A stretch of 64,000 nucleotides of DNA from Camelus dromedarius (Eukaryota). This document shows, one piece after another, positions 42,257 to 54,545 of this stretch. The notes under the pieces are model-generated. The model ran no database searches, had not been told where the DNA came from, and saw only the letters and a list, made by a program, of their open reading frames with translations. Made by a program: the position numbers and the translations under genes. Numbering within the stretch: position 1 is the stretch's first letter; every line of letters begins with the position of its first letter. Location: contig NC_087437.1 of NCBI RefSeq assembly GCF_036321535.1, positions 46,936,001 through 47,000,000 of the forward strand, in the 5' to 3' direction.

Positions 42257-42823
42257 AGTTACTGAACCAGGTTTGTTTTGTCTGATGCACAGCAAGCAGA
42301 CAAGATGCTGAGACACCGAGGTTTGCCACAAAGAGAGGGTTTATTTGTAAGGCAGCCAAGTGAGGAGATGGGAGAGCAAGTCTCAGATCCACCTCCCTGA
42401 AGGCAAGAGGCTCGAGATATTTATGGGAAAAAGAATAAAGCTGCAGAATGGTCTGAGGTGTGGGCAAAGGTGACTGGGAAAATGTGCAGTAATCAGGGTT
42501 CTATGCAGGTGTAACTAAGCCATGGCATCTGCATGGTCAAAAGATCACCCAGCAGACACTCACGCATGCCCCGTTGAAGGGTCAGCACCCCCATCCAGTC
42601 TTAACCAGCTCAGCTTGAACAAGACGTGCTGACTCTAGGCTCAGCTGAACTAGGCAGCTGACTCCAAGTTCTCGGAAAACAACTCAGGCAAACATCTTAT
42701 TGTCTAGGCTGCCTGCTGCTTAGAGAACATGCAAGTCTTCTGTAGCAACAGTGAAAATCATCTTGATTCGTGAAGGCAGGTTACAGCTGAAATGGGGTTA
42801 GCTAATGATTACCCATGGTTTAA
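42257..42823 (-). mobile_element. ERV1-class solo LTR
   Basis: ~567 bp with degenerate TG..CA ends, minus-strand AATAAA (tttatt at ~42340) and 4-bp TSD ctcg/ctca. Confidence 0.75.
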
Positions 42824-44049
42824 CTCATACTGGCAGCATTATAGCCCCTCTCCTAGACTGGACTCTCATTTAGCTGAGATATCAGATGCCCCTGAGCACA
42901 CATCACCGACGTCCAGGGCTGTGAAAACAACTGACGAGGACCATGTAGTAGGGTTGTTCAAGGTGCTCTCGGCAACGTGTCTACTGTCTCAGCCCTGGAG
43001 CCCACAGACAGATCTCTCTAACCTGTGACAGCTTCTCTCCAATACAGCTACAGCTTTGTCCCTCTCCTCAGGTGAGGCAGCGCCTCACAGCCATCTGTTG
43101 CTTCAGGCCTTCTCTGACCTTGATCTGGGGTTACAGATCAGTGAACCTGTCCTGCATCCCTGAAGGCATCCAAGTTCCTCGGCCACCCACACAAAATCAG
43201 GAAGGGAACTAAGTGTTCTTTCACACATCTTAAGCAAAAGTAAGACTCTCAACTTTGTACATAGTAAAAATAATGCAAATCTTCCCCAGATCTAATAAAT
43301 GCAAATCTTTCTCAATCTAGTAAACCTGTATTTGAGAGAAAAAGTAAGTTCATCCAAATGTATGTTTATTTTAAAATCACTGAATGCAAATGTAAAATTA
43401 CTATTTTCCCACACTTACTCTAGTAAATGCCATCTAGGATTAATATCATCAACATCATTTGGAGTTCGGGTTTACTGATCTGCTCTTTTACTCTTGCAAT
43501 AAAAAAACCTCAAAGGCTCATTCTAAAAATGTTGGAGGTGCCTTTTTGTAAAATAGATTAATTATATTTACATAAGGAAAAAGAAAACAACATTAGCATG
43601 ACATATTCCACTCTACTTGAGGACTCACTTTTCATATAATTGTATATGACTGTCTCCTTTTAGGGGTCAGTGCAATTCTAAAAGATTTCAACTGATTCAC
43701 ACACAGAAAAGTGTCTTTGGGTTCAATTAAGATGTGTTAAAATTAATATACTTTTTTTCCTTTATCTCATTCTTTGTGATAAGATACTATTGAGTGACCC
43801 TATGGGCTGTGGAAGGAAGTTTCCATTTCTGATAGTCCTCCCGCTATCACTCTTTCTTTTACTCTGTGAGCATGGAAGTACATGGAAGGGAGATTCTCAA
43901 TAGGGAGAAGCTGTCCTCACTTTGGCTTTCAGGCCAAGTACTCACAGGGCATCAACTTCTGATTCCCTCATAGTGTCCCCCCACCCTCTGCCTTTGGGAA
44001 AGCAAAGCTGGTGCACCACACAGGAACCCCCCCCCACCTTATTAATAAA

Positions 44050-44255
44050 ACTGCCACATATATAGCACTTTAATTTACAAATATCTTTCACACGTATTAT
44101 GTGAAATCTTTCCCAAAACCCTATGAGGTGAATATTTTAAAAATTAAAACTCTTACTTTATGGCTGAGAAAGTGAACTTGGGAAGGCAGTTTATCAGGTC
44201 AGATAGCACATTAGTGGTAGAGATAGGGTTCAAAAGCAGGCATTCAGACTTGAGG
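44050..44255 (-). mobile_element. MIR SINE
   Basis: 'atatagcactttaatttacaaa...aaaccctatgaggtg...agatagggttcaaa'. Confidence 0.65.
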
Positions 44256-44404
44256 AAAGGTTATCTTGCTATGACCTTTCTTCTTTTTAGAGTAGCAGCA
44301 TGCCCGACTGTAACCTACTGCATCACGGTGTGTACTGGCATTCACATCATCACGTACATGCATGCCTGTGAAATAGTAGGTCTTCAGGTCTTCCATGTAG
44401 AGAA

Positions 44405-44425
44405 ACACATGTGCACACGCACGCG

Positions 44426-44474
<49 letters not shown>
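44405..44474. repeat. (CG)n(CA)n alternating purine-pyrimidine microsatellite
   Basis: 'acacatgtgcacacgcacgcgcgcgcgcgcacacac...acacgt'. Confidence 0.95.
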
Positions 44475-44475
<1 letters not shown>

Positions 44476-44558
44476 TTTTGGGTAGAAGGAAAGAAGTGAT
44501 TGGCCCTTGAACAGGCACAATGCACACACACCACATAAAATTCTATCACAGGACTCAC

Positions 44559-44644
44559 TGTCTAAGAAGCGGTTTTCTTACAAATTGTTATTTGTATTAT
44601 TATAAGATGTTTCATTGAATTTTGACCACAGCACAAGTGCAGTC
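44559..44644 (-). pseudogene. candidate exon (86 nt, phase 2-1)
   Basis: Donor ACA|gtgagt. TALVLWSKFNETSYNNTNNNL*ENRFLD. Confidence 0.3.
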
Positions 44645-44959
44645 CTATATGTTAAGTTGATGCTAAGGAACTACCGTCAGTAAGTCTAAACCCCTCCATA
44701 CACCACCCTTCCATAAACTACATCAATCCAATTAAAGAATATATTGAATGGAACTGAATTAAATACAACCAGAAGGTGGAGAAAGCTCTTCATAGTTTTC
44801 AAATTGTTACATAATTTTCATTGTTTCCTTGCAGGCAGAGAAGGAGTAGTATCTGTTCAACACTTTCTAATACAAAGAGAACTTCAGCACCCAATATCTG
44901 GTTCAATCTTCCCACTCATCAACAAAATTAAAAGGTAGTTGTTTTGTTTTGGTTTTTCA

Positions 44960-45075
44960 CCCCCATTTCCCAGATGAAGTTACCCAAAGCTCAGAGATGC
45001 TAAATAACCAGCCCAGGTCCTAATACTAACAGGTACCACAGCCTGAATCCCAACCCAGGCATTGACTCTTGAGCC
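44960..45075 (-). mobile_element. MIR fragment
   Basis: 'ccccatttcccagatgaag...gctcagagatgctaaataaccagcccaggtc'. Confidence 0.7.
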
Positions 45076-46126
45076 AATGTGTTTTCCCTCTCCCCACACC
45101 ACATACCAAGAGCATCCCAGAAGGAGCACAAGGGTAGGAAGTTGGGTCGAGGGAATTGGAGGAGGCAGGCTTGACTCTTGCAAATCTGGAGCCAAGGCAG
45201 ACACTAGATTCCTGAGTTCTCATTTCTATTGCTGAGCTGCCTTTGTCCATCCTAGCCTTGTCATAAAACAAAGGGAAGCAGACCCTGGGGAAGGAGCAAG
45301 CCAAGTACTCAAGAGGGCGCTCCTTCTGATCACTTAACATCTGGAATGAAGGCACGCAGTGGTGGAACAGATGACTAGCTAAGTTGGCTTTAGTTGCCAC
45401 AATGATCTTTAATCACCTCTTACCCTCAACAAAGATACAATCTAAGTAGAAACTTTGCTTTACATTTGAACACAGCTTCAACACAACGCCACTAGCCACA
45501 CCCTTCCTCCAATGCTTTCAACCAGATTATCACTCCTAAAATTCTCCATGTAGAAATTTTGAGACCATGATTGTTCTTTAATATTGCAGCTAATTCTTCT
45601 TCACTTCCCTAGGAATGAGTCTCATCCCACCCTGAAATAGCCCACAATATGCTAAGTGGGTAGTTATGAGAGAGTGCAAGGCACAGAGCCAATTCTGTTA
45701 TGGACAAAGGAAAGTTTATACAAATACGAGACCAAGAAGTTGCGGTGGGAAGTGGGGAAGAGGGCAGAGGAGAACTGGGGAAGTCACGAAGTATTAGTAG
45801 AAAGCTTCCCTAATAAAACTCAACCACATATGTACAAGGTCAGATTCCAGGGGAGAAAAAAATCACTAGGAAAAATAAGTCATTTGGGAGGAAAAAAAGT
45901 TAAAAATGGCCTCATTACAGCGGCAATTTGGGGCTGAAGTAAAATCAGATGGGGAAAGAGCTAGCAGGTCTCTTACACTACAAAGCCTAAATTAGCTTTC
46001 AGTTTTGGAAAAAGTGCACAAACAGATGCCGGGTTCAACAGAAACACCTCTGGCAACGGCAGAAACACTAACAAAAGTAACCTGCAGCAGAGAAACAGAC
46101 TGCCTGGGCATTAAACAAAGAGGCAC

Positions 46127-46262
46127 GTCCTCTGGCACCAGCACGTTAAAAAAGACCGATGTCTGTGCACTGGGCCATCGCAGCAACTTTCCACATGAAA
46201 TGTTCCTTCCTGAGATCCATAGAGCCGCCACAAACCAAATCTCTGCTCTAGGTCCTAGGACT
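46127..46262 (-). pseudogene. candidate exon (phase 2-0; donor uncertain, alternative end 46082)
   Basis: tttatgttgtttag|. Open frame VLGPRAEIWFVAALWISGRNISCGKLLRWPSAQTSVFFNVLVPED. Confidence 0.33.
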
Positions 46263-46869
46263 CTAAACAACATAAAAATAAAGTAAAATGTATACAGCAC
46301 TTGAAGCTACCTAAGCAAAGTTTAAGCTTAAAATTTACTTAATCTGCCCTACTATGATTTTTCCCACACACTTCAAGGAACAGGGACATATGTACAAAAG
46401 ACTTGTTCTGGTAAGAAGCACAACCTATTTGGTAAAATTCTTTCAATGGTCATGAAAAGGATCAAGTGTCTTGTTCATTCACTTATGACTTCAAATATTT
46501 AATAAGCACCTATGTACCTGTTGACCTGGACACTGGGAAACAAAGACAAATACATCGATTTTTTAAATGATTCCTCTCACTATACTCTATGTTAATCGAC
46601 TCTGACTCAGAATTTGCATTTGGTTTGGAGCCCCATGTTCTCATAGACCAGAGGGAACCAGGAAAGGCCTGAGAATAGCACTGTGGGAGGAGCAGTTGCA
46701 GGAATAAGAATGGGCGGCTTGGAGATCCTGCAGGCACTTGATCTCATTCTACATTTAAAGAACTGGCTTGTCAAAGAGCGTGTAGGTATGTGCTGTGTGT
46801 CAGGCTCCAGAGGACAGAACCACAGAAGTCACAGGAAGAGATAGCTGACCTAATTTTTTTAAAAAGAAG

Positions 46870-47010
46870 CAGAATGAGCTGCCTTAGAAAAGTGTGAGCT
46901 TCCTGACTCTGAAAATATTCAAAAAGAGGCTGAACAACCATCTTATTAGAGATATCCTAAGGGGACTTTCAGTTCTTGTACAAAGCTAGATTAAATCTAT
47001 TAATCTGAGA
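46870..47010 (+). mobile_element. L3/CR1 3' fragment
   Basis: 'aatgagctgcct...gtgagcttcctgactctgaaaatattcaaaaagaggctgaacaaccatct'. Confidence 0.6.
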
Positions 47011-47178
47011 TAGAAGAGATGGTAGTTTTGGAAGAATCACTCTTATTGACTCTTTTTATTTAAAGTTGTAAGATTAGCATTTCAAACTTTAAAATTATAT
47101 TTTATTATCTATATTGGGAATTTTTTTACTGATACAGTTATGAAAGGTGGACACATGGAAAGTAATAAATATGCTCAC

Positions 47179-47292
47179 CTTTGGAGATTAGGGTGGAGTA
47201 GGTGTCTTTAGTTCCTTAAGTTCCTGGTGGAGCCCAGGTATCAGAAACTTCTTAAAAAGTCCATGTCTCCTACTTGTGCCACAAGTTTCACT
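47179..47292 (-). pseudogene. candidate exon (114 nt, phase 2-2)
   Basis: ccttactatttgcag| ... AAG|gtgagc. VKLVAQVGDMDFLRSF*YLGSTRNLRN*RHLLHPNLQ. Confidence 0.33.
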
Positions 47293-47869
47293 CTGCAAAT
47301 AGTAAGGATTTCAGTGGTGCATTCCCAAGTGCAGGCCTGGGCTTCCTTACAATTAGATACCACATGGTCACTGGAGGTACATTGCTTCTTAGACAGAAAT
47401 AGCTCATTATCACTGGTTGGTCATGAAATACACGTCTTGAGTTCCTAAAGGCCAAGTGTGCATCATTTGTCTGAGTGTTCCCTATTTTAATTGAATGTCT
47501 GGTCAGTCAGTAGTTATTTTGGTCCTGGGTATTACAGCCTTATGGAGGCTATCAAATTGCTTTCCAAATCTGTTGAAGTGGCAGTTGTTATATGATTAAC
47601 TGGATCAACAGAGTCTGGAGAATCTAAAGTTGAATCAGAATTGGATTCCTCTGCTAGATAATCTTTATCCTCTTTGAAATCATCCAAAAAATCTTTAATA
47701 CTCCTGCTTTTCCTTCTTACAAGAGTTAGTTCTTAACACTAAGATCTTTTTACTGTTTTGTTGAGGGTTTTTTTTTTTTTTGGCATTTTAGTCTCTTCCA
47801 TAATTGGATAAATAAAAAGTACAGTAGAAACATATAAAAAAGGGTGATGGAGTGAGATAGTATCTCTCA

Positions 47870-48780
47870 GATGTTAATGTAATTCAGAATGATAATATTT
47901 GGACAGTGTGGTGCGAACTGTAAGAACAGACTAGTATGAAACGGAAGCATGTGAAAAAATTTTAAATGTGATAAAGAGATACCCCAATAGATGATATTGG
48001 GAAAACTGGCTAATTGCTTAGGGGAAAAAGTCAGATTCCTACTTTTTACCATGACAAATGTTATCAAGATTAAAAAATTATATATAAAAAATATAAGCCA
48101 TACTGATAATAGGAGAAAATAAATTTTTATTTTAAATGACATCGTGCTAGAGAAAATCTTTCTAGGCATGACACTAAAAGCAGGCCAAAAGTAGAAGCCT
48201 GATAAATGCAACTACCTAAAAATTAGAACAGCCCATATAACAACAAAGAAAATAATCAATTAAATGCAAACATAAACTGGGAAAAGTATTTGCAACATAT
48301 TTGAGGTGAATACATAAATGGTTCTTTAAATGAATATGAAGAGAAAAAAGTAGCCCCCCAAAATGGACTTAGGACATGAAGAGGTAACTAGTAAAAGAAG
48401 AAATAAAAATGGCCTGTGAGCATTTTAAATGCTTGGTCTATTAATAACAACAACAAAAAAAAATTATAAAGACAGTAAAATGTAATATTTATCTATTAGA
48501 GTGTAGGAAAAAAAGGATAATACCTAATGTCCAAGAGGTAAATAAATAGGAATTTTCATATTCTGCTGGTGGGAGTATAATTTTTAAAACATCTATCACT
48601 CAAACAATTAATTTAAATGTTTTAAAACCTTTCTGGCATGGAGATTGCAAAATACTGAATTAATTGAATCAATTAATACATGTATATCCTTTGATATAGA
48701 AATTCTTTTTGTAGGAATTTATCCTAAGGGAAAAAATTAGATGTATGTAGAAGCATAAAATGAAACAGCATCCATTACGG
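47870..48780 (+). mobile_element. old L1ME ORF2 3' region
   Basis: 'tgggaaaactggctaattg', 'aactgggaaaagtatttgcaacatat', 'attctgctggtgggagtata', 'gtaggaatttatcctaag'. Confidence 0.8.
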
Positions 48781-49015
48781 ATTACAATGTAAGCATACAT
48801 TATTTTCACAGAGAGGTATTTATGTGATTTCCAATATTTCTTGTTTTAAAGGATACTGTAATAAATTTTCTTTTACATATATTGATATAGTTATTCTCAG
48901 TAAGAGTGTTTCTTCCTTAGGTGAGATTAGTCATCCCATGCTGTTACTTTCTCTATGCATGGGTTTCATTTGCCTCCCACAAATTCCAGAACTTCTCCCC
49001 TTGGATAGGTTTGTT

Positions 49016-49124
49016 TGTTCTTTTCTTCGTTCTTTTCTTTCTTTCTTTCTTCTTTTCTTTCTTTCTTTCTTCTTTTCTTTCTTTCTTTCTTCTTTCTTTT
49101 CTTTCTTCTTTTCTTTCTTCCTTC

Positions 49125-49173
<49 letters not shown>

Positions 49174-49352
49174 TTCCTTCCTTCCTTCCTTCCTTCCTTT
49201 CTTTCTTCCTTTCTCTCTTCCTTTCTCTTTCTTTCTCTCTTCCTTTCTTTTCTTTCTTTCTTTCTTTCTCTCTCTCTCTTTCTTTCTTTCTCTCTTTCTC
49301 TCTCTCTCTTCGTTCCCTCCTTCCTTTCTTCCCCCCTTCCTTCCTTTTCTTT
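49016..49352. repeat. long compound polypyrimidine tract (CTTT/CTT/CCTT/CT)n
   Basis: ~340 bp almost purely C/T. It produces the spurious FLS-rich and KER-rich ORFs in the track. Confidence 0.97.
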
Positions 49353-49916
49353 CATCTAAAATAACCTAATCTGAAGTTAATTGTGTAATTAGTGTGCTAA
49401 CTAGTGCCCACCCTGAGCCACAGCCATCAGATGGCCAATCAACTGATCAGTATTAGCATGTAGACCAACAAACCAGTTCAAGCACATGTGCAAATATAGG
49501 AGAAACACCTCCACCGTTATGTATGCCATCACTTTGATCATTTAAGAGGCATGTCGGGAACACAGCTTTACTCCCCCACCTAAATAACCAACAATCAGAG
49601 CCTTCCAGATAAGTCATTTCAGTTCCTAATGTTGAGACACGATCCCTTAAGATCGTTAAGTGTAAGTATTGGTCCCTTAATGCTTTGCCTTCAGATATAA
49701 CTCTGAGCTATCACTGGGGAGGGACTGCAGGACTTGAGGAAAGTTTAAAAAGTAGGAAAAGATGACAAAAATCTTACTCACCTTTACACAGTATCCATAA
49801 AACCATCTTAGTGCCTAAGATTTAAGTTTACAATTGCCACTCTTCCTTTACCTCTAGTCTCTGCTTTACCCACCTGGGTCTACCGGTACACTGGTATTAA
49901 AAACTCTTACACTTAC

Positions 49917-50107
49917 AGTGCATTTCCCTATTCTCATTTCATCTTGTCTTTTATCATCTTTGCCAGTCCCTCAACCATCCTGTGTGTTCTTCGACAACAG
50001 AGTCCTGTCACTTAGTGCTGCCTTCTCACTGGCCAAAGGATGCTCCTTCTTCATCCTACCACTTTGAAGAGTCTTTGGAAAAGCCAAGTTTAAAGGTAAG
50101 GAGTCAA
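49917..50107 (-). pseudogene. candidate exon (191 nt)
   Basis: tcttgtattttag| ... ACT|gtaagt. The best frame has one TGA. Confidence 0.28.
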
Positions 50108-51349
50108 CTAAAATACAAGATAATCGAAACGTTCTGATATTAATAATGAGTTTCGCCATGGGAAAACCAAATGTGAGGACAAAATGGAGCTTCTGTGGGA
50201 TGTCTTCTTTAAAAGAGGATCAGGATAAAAGGAACAAGTGAGACTCAAATGCATATGAATCTTAAAGCTCAGTCATTAGGGCCTCCCTTCCCACGACCAG
50301 GTGAAACTGTCCTCTGCATTTCTCTTTCTCCGAAATCCTCATTCTACTATTCATCTAGGACAGAATTCTTTTCACGTTTGTTGAGTAAGTCCAAATCTTA
50401 CACAGAATCTAGCATACAATAGGCACTCAATGGTGTTTGATGAATGAATTAATGTGAAGGAATAAGCTAAGTTTTCTGTCTTCTTTTGGGTCTTCGAGAG
50501 GGAAAGCATCCAATTCTATAAAGATAATTATAACATGTGTGTATCTAGTAAGGAGCTCAGTTGTATCTAGAACTCAGCTTCCTTTCCCTGAAGCTGAAAG
50601 GACACATATCAGAGAAAGATCCATGTGCCTAAATTTACATTAGACCCTACAGACAGTTTCAAAGATAATAAAAGATACAGACTATGTCTGGGAGAGATAA
50701 TCTAACAAGAGAGAAGCAAATTACAAACACAGACATGACACAGACAGAAAATAAATTTAAAAATATATACAAATTTGTGTGTCTAAATTGTAAAGGACAT
50801 TGTTGGAAGGATTAGGAAAGCTGATAAGTGGTAAGCTGGAGAGAGAACCCACACTTTTGTACCACTCTGAGCCCTGCTCCTTGGCTGTTTTCCACCACAA
50901 TTAGTTATCTGGCAACTTTGCAAGATCTTAATAAAAATAACTCATAAGATTTAGTCACATCAGGAAGGCCATCAAAATGAGTGATCATAAATGTTTTGAA
51001 GAGGTCACAAGTTAAGTCAGCATTTAGGATACACTTTTTAAAAAATGCCTTATCTCTTTCATCTCCAAAGAAAACATTAAAGGGAAATTGTTACAACCCT
51101 GCAATCTCATTCCATTCCCCCAAATCTTTTGATATCACATTGTGAAGTCTGTGCCAAGGGTCTTATAAAATTCCACAGTATTTCTTTCTTTTTTCTTTTC
51201 TTAGAGGAGTAAATTGTTTCTAATACCATTCTATACATTGCCACGATTTCTAACCTAGTTCGTGCCAGACGTATTTTTACCTGCGATTACTTCAGTTTTC
51301 ATGACCCAAAAGACCTTAAGAAGATATAACTGCAACATTTATATAAATA

Positions 51350-51590
51350 ATTACACTCAAGAGATTGTGTAAAGCACCTCACAGCTCACAAAACCCATTT
51401 ACACTTAGTTGTTGCTGTTTTCGACTTAAAACCATCCCTATGACTTGTTTGGACAGATTATGGGGCTTTTTTCCCCCATTTTAAGGAGAAAAAATATTGA
51501 AGTTTAGAAATGTTCAGGGAAATTCTCAAGGTTAACATAGCACAAGTGATAAAGTAATTCTTGAAAATCATGTGTCTGTCTCTAAAACTA
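51350..51590 (-). mobile_element. MIR SINE
   Basis: 'ccccattttaaggagaaaaaatattgaagtttagaaatgtt...ctcaaggttaacatagc'. Confidence 0.55.
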
Positions 51591-53080
51591 TAATCACCTG
51601 CCCCTACGTATGGGCTGCACAGCTGGGAAAAAGAGGGAGAGGGGTGGTAGACTTTCCAGCACCCCCAGCATGGAGGTCTAGAGGTCAGTGATTTACTAAA
51701 CTCAACACACCATCACACCAAGAACTCCATTAATTACCTCTTGTTATCCTGCCCTTCCCACTAGGAATGGCATTTCTCAGATAAGACCAGTTGCATAATT
51801 TTCAGGAACCAATGCTCTGTTCTTAGGGCCTTTCCAATGCAAAATTGAAAAAAAAAGTTGAAAAATACTCTCCTAAGATTTCATTATTAACTCAATGTAT
51901 CCATCTTAATTTTTTGGATATTTCTGTTTACCTCATACCTCCAGACTTCCATGGTTTCCTTAGGCTCTTATACCCAGAACAGTCCATCTGATCCACCCTC
52001 TCTGGGAAGAACCTGACACACTTGTCTGTTGTCCTTCCCATGACATTAGAAAGAGGCAAAAAAAAAAATGACTCACACTAAGACATCAATGATAGTAATT
52101 TAATGAATGGATTCTCTTCATATGGCAAAGGTATTTCTTTTGTGAATCTCTGATGAAGTCACTTCAGACATTGGTGACCAACTGCAAGGGGAAAAAGAGG
52201 AATTATTTGGAGGTGATTGGTCCTGCTCCAATTGCTAAACCCCAAGCCTCACCATAACTATTAATCAGGATATTTTCAGGTCTACAACCCTAGGTTTAGA
52301 TAAATAACTTGTCTATATTTCTTTTAAAATAAATAATTACATTTTTAAATGTGTAGACTATTACACTGAAATACTGTATTAACGAAAATAATAAGCTGTC
52401 ATTCACAAACAAATACTTTTACTTTCAACATGTTGTAACAGAAAACTGTGGAAGAGTAAAGGGACTGGATTCTGTAGAAGTCTTCCAGTAGATCCTCCAA
52501 GGTAAACTAAGGTCCTCTTTCCCTGAGCCATTTTAAACCTTGATTGCATTAACTTAAAAAAAAAATGCACAGAGGAAACACTATTTTAGAGAAGGTTCTG
52601 GAACTGGCGTATTTCTTGGAACTCTGATGCCTCACGGATGACAGCAGACGCCACTGTTAACCTTGTGTTACGTTTCTGAGCCCATGTCCAGAACAGCCTC
52701 TGAGGCCATCTGCTTTCTGTGGTTGTCAGTTCTGAAAATAACCCGAGAGGGCTGAATCCCTGGAACACATTTTTCCTGTTGTTTTGATTAGAAAAGCACT
52801 TCCACCCTAATCAATCTCTCTGTTTTAACTGAAGCTTGCATTTGACCAGCTTCCTTGGTTTGGTTCTTTAGTGTACATGGTAGACTTTAAATTCCCAGGT
52901 GATACTTGACATTGGGGAAGTTCCAGTGCGCATGCAACAGAATGCTATAAAGTCACATTGCTTTGCTATCTGTTCATGGGGGGAAAGAACACGTACTAAA
53001 TAAAACCTCAAGGGCAAGGACATCAGGAAGCCCTTGTTCTGGTATTTCCCTTGAGTTAACACTCTCAGCATCCTCCTTAC

Positions 53081-53202
53081 TCATTTAGATACTTCTCATT
53101 ATATAATTTTCGTATATCTCCTCTATTATGCTTTCTTGCATCTCTAGATAGCTCTTTGTGGCTCTCCTGACTGTCCTGCGTCTGAAGGCTGAGGCACACC
53201 AT
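53081..53202 (-). pseudogene. candidate exon (122 nt)
   Basis: cattttag| ... GA|gtaagg. One frame is fully open (MVCLSLQTQDSQESHKELSRDARKHNRGDIRKLYNEKYLN). Confidence 0.28.
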
Positions 53203-54106
53203 CTAAAATGTATGCTCAGACAAGTGATGAAAACAGAACATCTGAAAATGCAGGACTATTTCATGCAGATTTATGATTCAAATAGGATCATCTTTGTCCC
53301 AATTAAGCAAGCCTACTTAAAGAAAGATGGCTGAAAGATTGTTTTTATAAAGAGAGATTTTTTTTAAATGTCCCAAATAAAGCTCAAAGGAACACAGAGG
53401 GATATACAGGAAGAATATTACTTACTAAGTCATTGCATTTAGAAATCTTGGAGGCACATACTAAATTGCTTTGTTTCTGAATGGGATGGTCTTCTGCGGA
53501 AATCCTCCTATGACTTCTTTCACTGCCTTCATTCAATTTTATATTGTTTTGAAAGTCCAGGCAGAAAGGATGTGTAATTGGACACTTGGTGAATGCAGAG
53601 GAGTGAAATTGTGTCCAAAGTTATTAGCTTATCTTCGTTTGAAGAGCAAGGAGAACATTTTATTTCATCTAACTTTTTATAGCAATCAATTAATCCTTTG
53701 CTTCAAGGATGACAACAGAATGCCTTTATTCATTCTCATGGAAACACTGACATCTAGTGTGTCAGTGCATTAATGCAGGGCAGCTTGAAAGCTGGGGAAA
53801 ATGCTCCAAGTTTGGGGATATTCAATATTGTATGTCCTCTTTGATTAATTAATTTGGTCGATTGACCTCTCTAGCTGGCTTCTGCTTGTAACTGTGGATA
53901 AAAAATAACAGCTGAGAGAAAACTGCAGGAGACAAACTCAGCACGCCTAACCAATAGCTTTCATACACCCTGTAAATAAATTCTTAAGGATTATTTTAGT
54001 TGAAGATTTCATTGTTACTCATATGAGCCAAAATTAGTAATGGTTCACTAAGTTTTGCTGATGATAGAAACTAACACAGTATTTGGAGACCTATAAAGTC
54101 TGTCAC

Positions 54107-54275
54107 AGTAGTCCTTAAACTATTTTATTTCAGAGATGATTCTGATGAACAGTATGAGCACTCTGCCAAAAAATTTTCTGTATAAGCAGCTACATTAATT
54201 CTGTATACAACTTCACGGGGTTCAAAGAACTTCATAGAACCCCGTGAAGTTTGGGCTTATAAAGAACTCTTGAAC
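54107..54275. mobile_element. Charlie4z-like hAT MITE
   Basis: 'cagtagtccttaaac...gattctgatgaacagtatgagcactctgcc...tgtatacaacttcacggggttc...aagaactcttg' follows the remembered Charlie4z layout. Confidence 0.6.
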
Positions 54276-54284
54276 TACTAATAA

Positions 54285-54545
54285 GGATAGGAAACTTTTA
54301 TATAGTCATTACCACATAGCAGACACTGTTCCAAGTGCTATTAATGTATTAACTCATTTAACTTTCACAACTTTTCGAAACAGACATTATTAACCTTTCC
54401 TTTGCACAAACATTATTACCCTTTCCTTTTCTAAGAAAGGGAAATTGAAACACAGAGAGATGAAAATATTTGCCCAAAGCTACATAGGCATTAGCAGGTG
54501 GAGTTATGATTCAAACCCAGGAAAGCTGACCCCAAAGTCCATGTT
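54285..54545 (-). mobile_element. MIR SINE with internal ~27-bp tandem duplication
   Basis: 'gacactgttccaagtgct...aactcatttaac...gaaacacagagagatgaaa...tgcccaaag...gattcaaacccagg'. The block 'acattatta(a/c)cctttcctt' occurs twice. Confidence 0.85.

Noticed and set aside
43269..43325. ~25-bp imperfect tandem duplication
   Set aside because: Ordinary slippage duplication with two units and no spacers; not CRISPR-like.
48824..49369. ORFs of 114-181 aa (FLS-rich and KER-rich)
   Set aside because: Translations of a CT microsatellite that lacks stop codons.
49967..50095. + strand 129-nt open segment with strong acceptor and AAG|gtaagg donor
   Set aside because: I found no compatible partner exons on the + strand (searched less thoroughly). 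It shows that convincing pseudo-exons arise by chance, so it tempers confidence in the minus-strand model.
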